In this document: positions 63,528 through 64,000 of the stretch, one piece after another | Numbering within the stretch: the first letter of the stretch is position 1 | Layout: each line of letters begins with the position of its first letter | DNA from: Clostridia bacterium | GTDB taxonomy: Bacteria; Bacillota; Clostridia; Oscillospirales; CAG-382 | Direction of reading: 5' to 3' | Length of the DNA: 64,000 bases | Assembly (NCBI GenBank): GCA_017399965.1 | Contig: JAFQAP010000003.1 | Location: 40,028 to 104,027, forward strand | Notes under the pieces: model-generated | What the model was told of the DNA's origin: nothing | Seen by the model: only the letters and a program-made list of their open reading frames with translations | Databases searched by the model: none | Made by a program: the position numbers and the translations under genes

Positions 63528-64000
63528 ATGGAAAGATTAAAAGGAACTGCCGCTATTATATGCGAATTCAACCCCTTTCACTTCGGCCACAAGCATTTGG
63601 CGCAAGAATCACATAAATTATACCCCGTGGTTTTCGGAATTATGAGCGGAAATCTGGTCCAGCGGGGCATAAACGCCTGCGCGGATAAATATTTCCGTGC
63701 CGCCGCCGCTGTGGAATGCGGGTTTGACGGAGTGCTGGAACTGCCTTTTCCTTTCTCCTCTCTTTCTGCCCGTGATTTCGCCCGTGCGGGCGTGCATATA
63801 GCGGAAGAAGCGGGGTTTGAAGCGCTTATCTTCGGCGCAGAGGATAAAGACGCCGTGCTGGAGGCAAAGGAAATCGTCTGCTCCGCGGATTTTGAGGAAA
63901 GAATAACCGCCCGTATAAAAGAGCAAAAAAATCTTTCCTATCCAAAAGCGGCAGAGCAGGTGCTGGCAGAGGACATGGGAGGGGAAACCGCCCGCCTTCT
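63528..64000 (+). CDS. tmcAL: tRNA(Met) cytidine acetate ligase TmcAL (YlbM/UPF0348 family), N-terminal part; runs off the right edge
   Basis: Translation reads MERLKGTAAIICEFNPFHFGHKHLAQES...IMSGNLVQRG. The EFNPFH.GH nucleotidyltransferase motif is present. No stop lies in the window. Confidence 0.75.
   Translation, partial: MERLKGTAAIICEFNPFHFGHKHLAQESHKLYPVVFGIMSGNLVQRGINACADKYFRAAAAVECGFDGVLELPFPFSSLSARDFARAGVHIAEEAGFEALIFGAEDKDAVLEAKEIVCSADFEERITARIKEQKNLSYPKAAEQVLAEDMGGETARL

Overview
This is a 64-kb chromosomal window from a Clostridia-type Firmicute. That assignment is an inference from a ytvI-like sporulation gene, a dockerin module, an OLE-RNA locus and the gene order. I can support 55 protein-coding genes, and most are housekeeping. 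They include a NifS-like desulfurase plus thiI, tpiA, pgk, secG, glyQS, hom, dxs-tlyA-nadK-argR-recN, pyrR, mgsA, hisS-aspS, ackA and tmcAL. Non-coding RNA features are 2 tRNAs (Gln-CUG, Glu-CUC), a TPP riboswitch upstream of thiT, and a roughly 620-nt ORF-free transcript whose size and synteny match OLE RNA followed by oapA. Accessory content is as follows: (1) three tandem lipoprotein paralogs; (2) a prophage-like remnant with a dockerin-bearing NlpC/P60 enzyme and an ArpU/RinA-like regulator; (3) an 801-aa secreted protein; (4) an ABC/DUF1854/ABC cluster; (5) a GldFG-like ABC cluster with an 821-aa DUF4340-like protein; (6) a GT2-GtrA surface-glycan operon. The most unusual property is non-coding. 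Almost every intergenic gap over about 100 bp is filled by modular repeat islands. These are built from 7-nt word arrays (AATGAGG, CATTCCT, CATTCAT, GTGAAGA and others) and small hairpins. The hairpins keep constant outer stems while their inner stems change with full base-pair compensation. The islands are arranged as long mirror-image units, often start exactly at stop codons, and also sit inside operons. No transposase, CRISPR array or Cas gene is present in the window. All family assignments come from reading motifs by eye, since no database search was possible. Coordinates of non-CDS features may be off by 1-3 nt.
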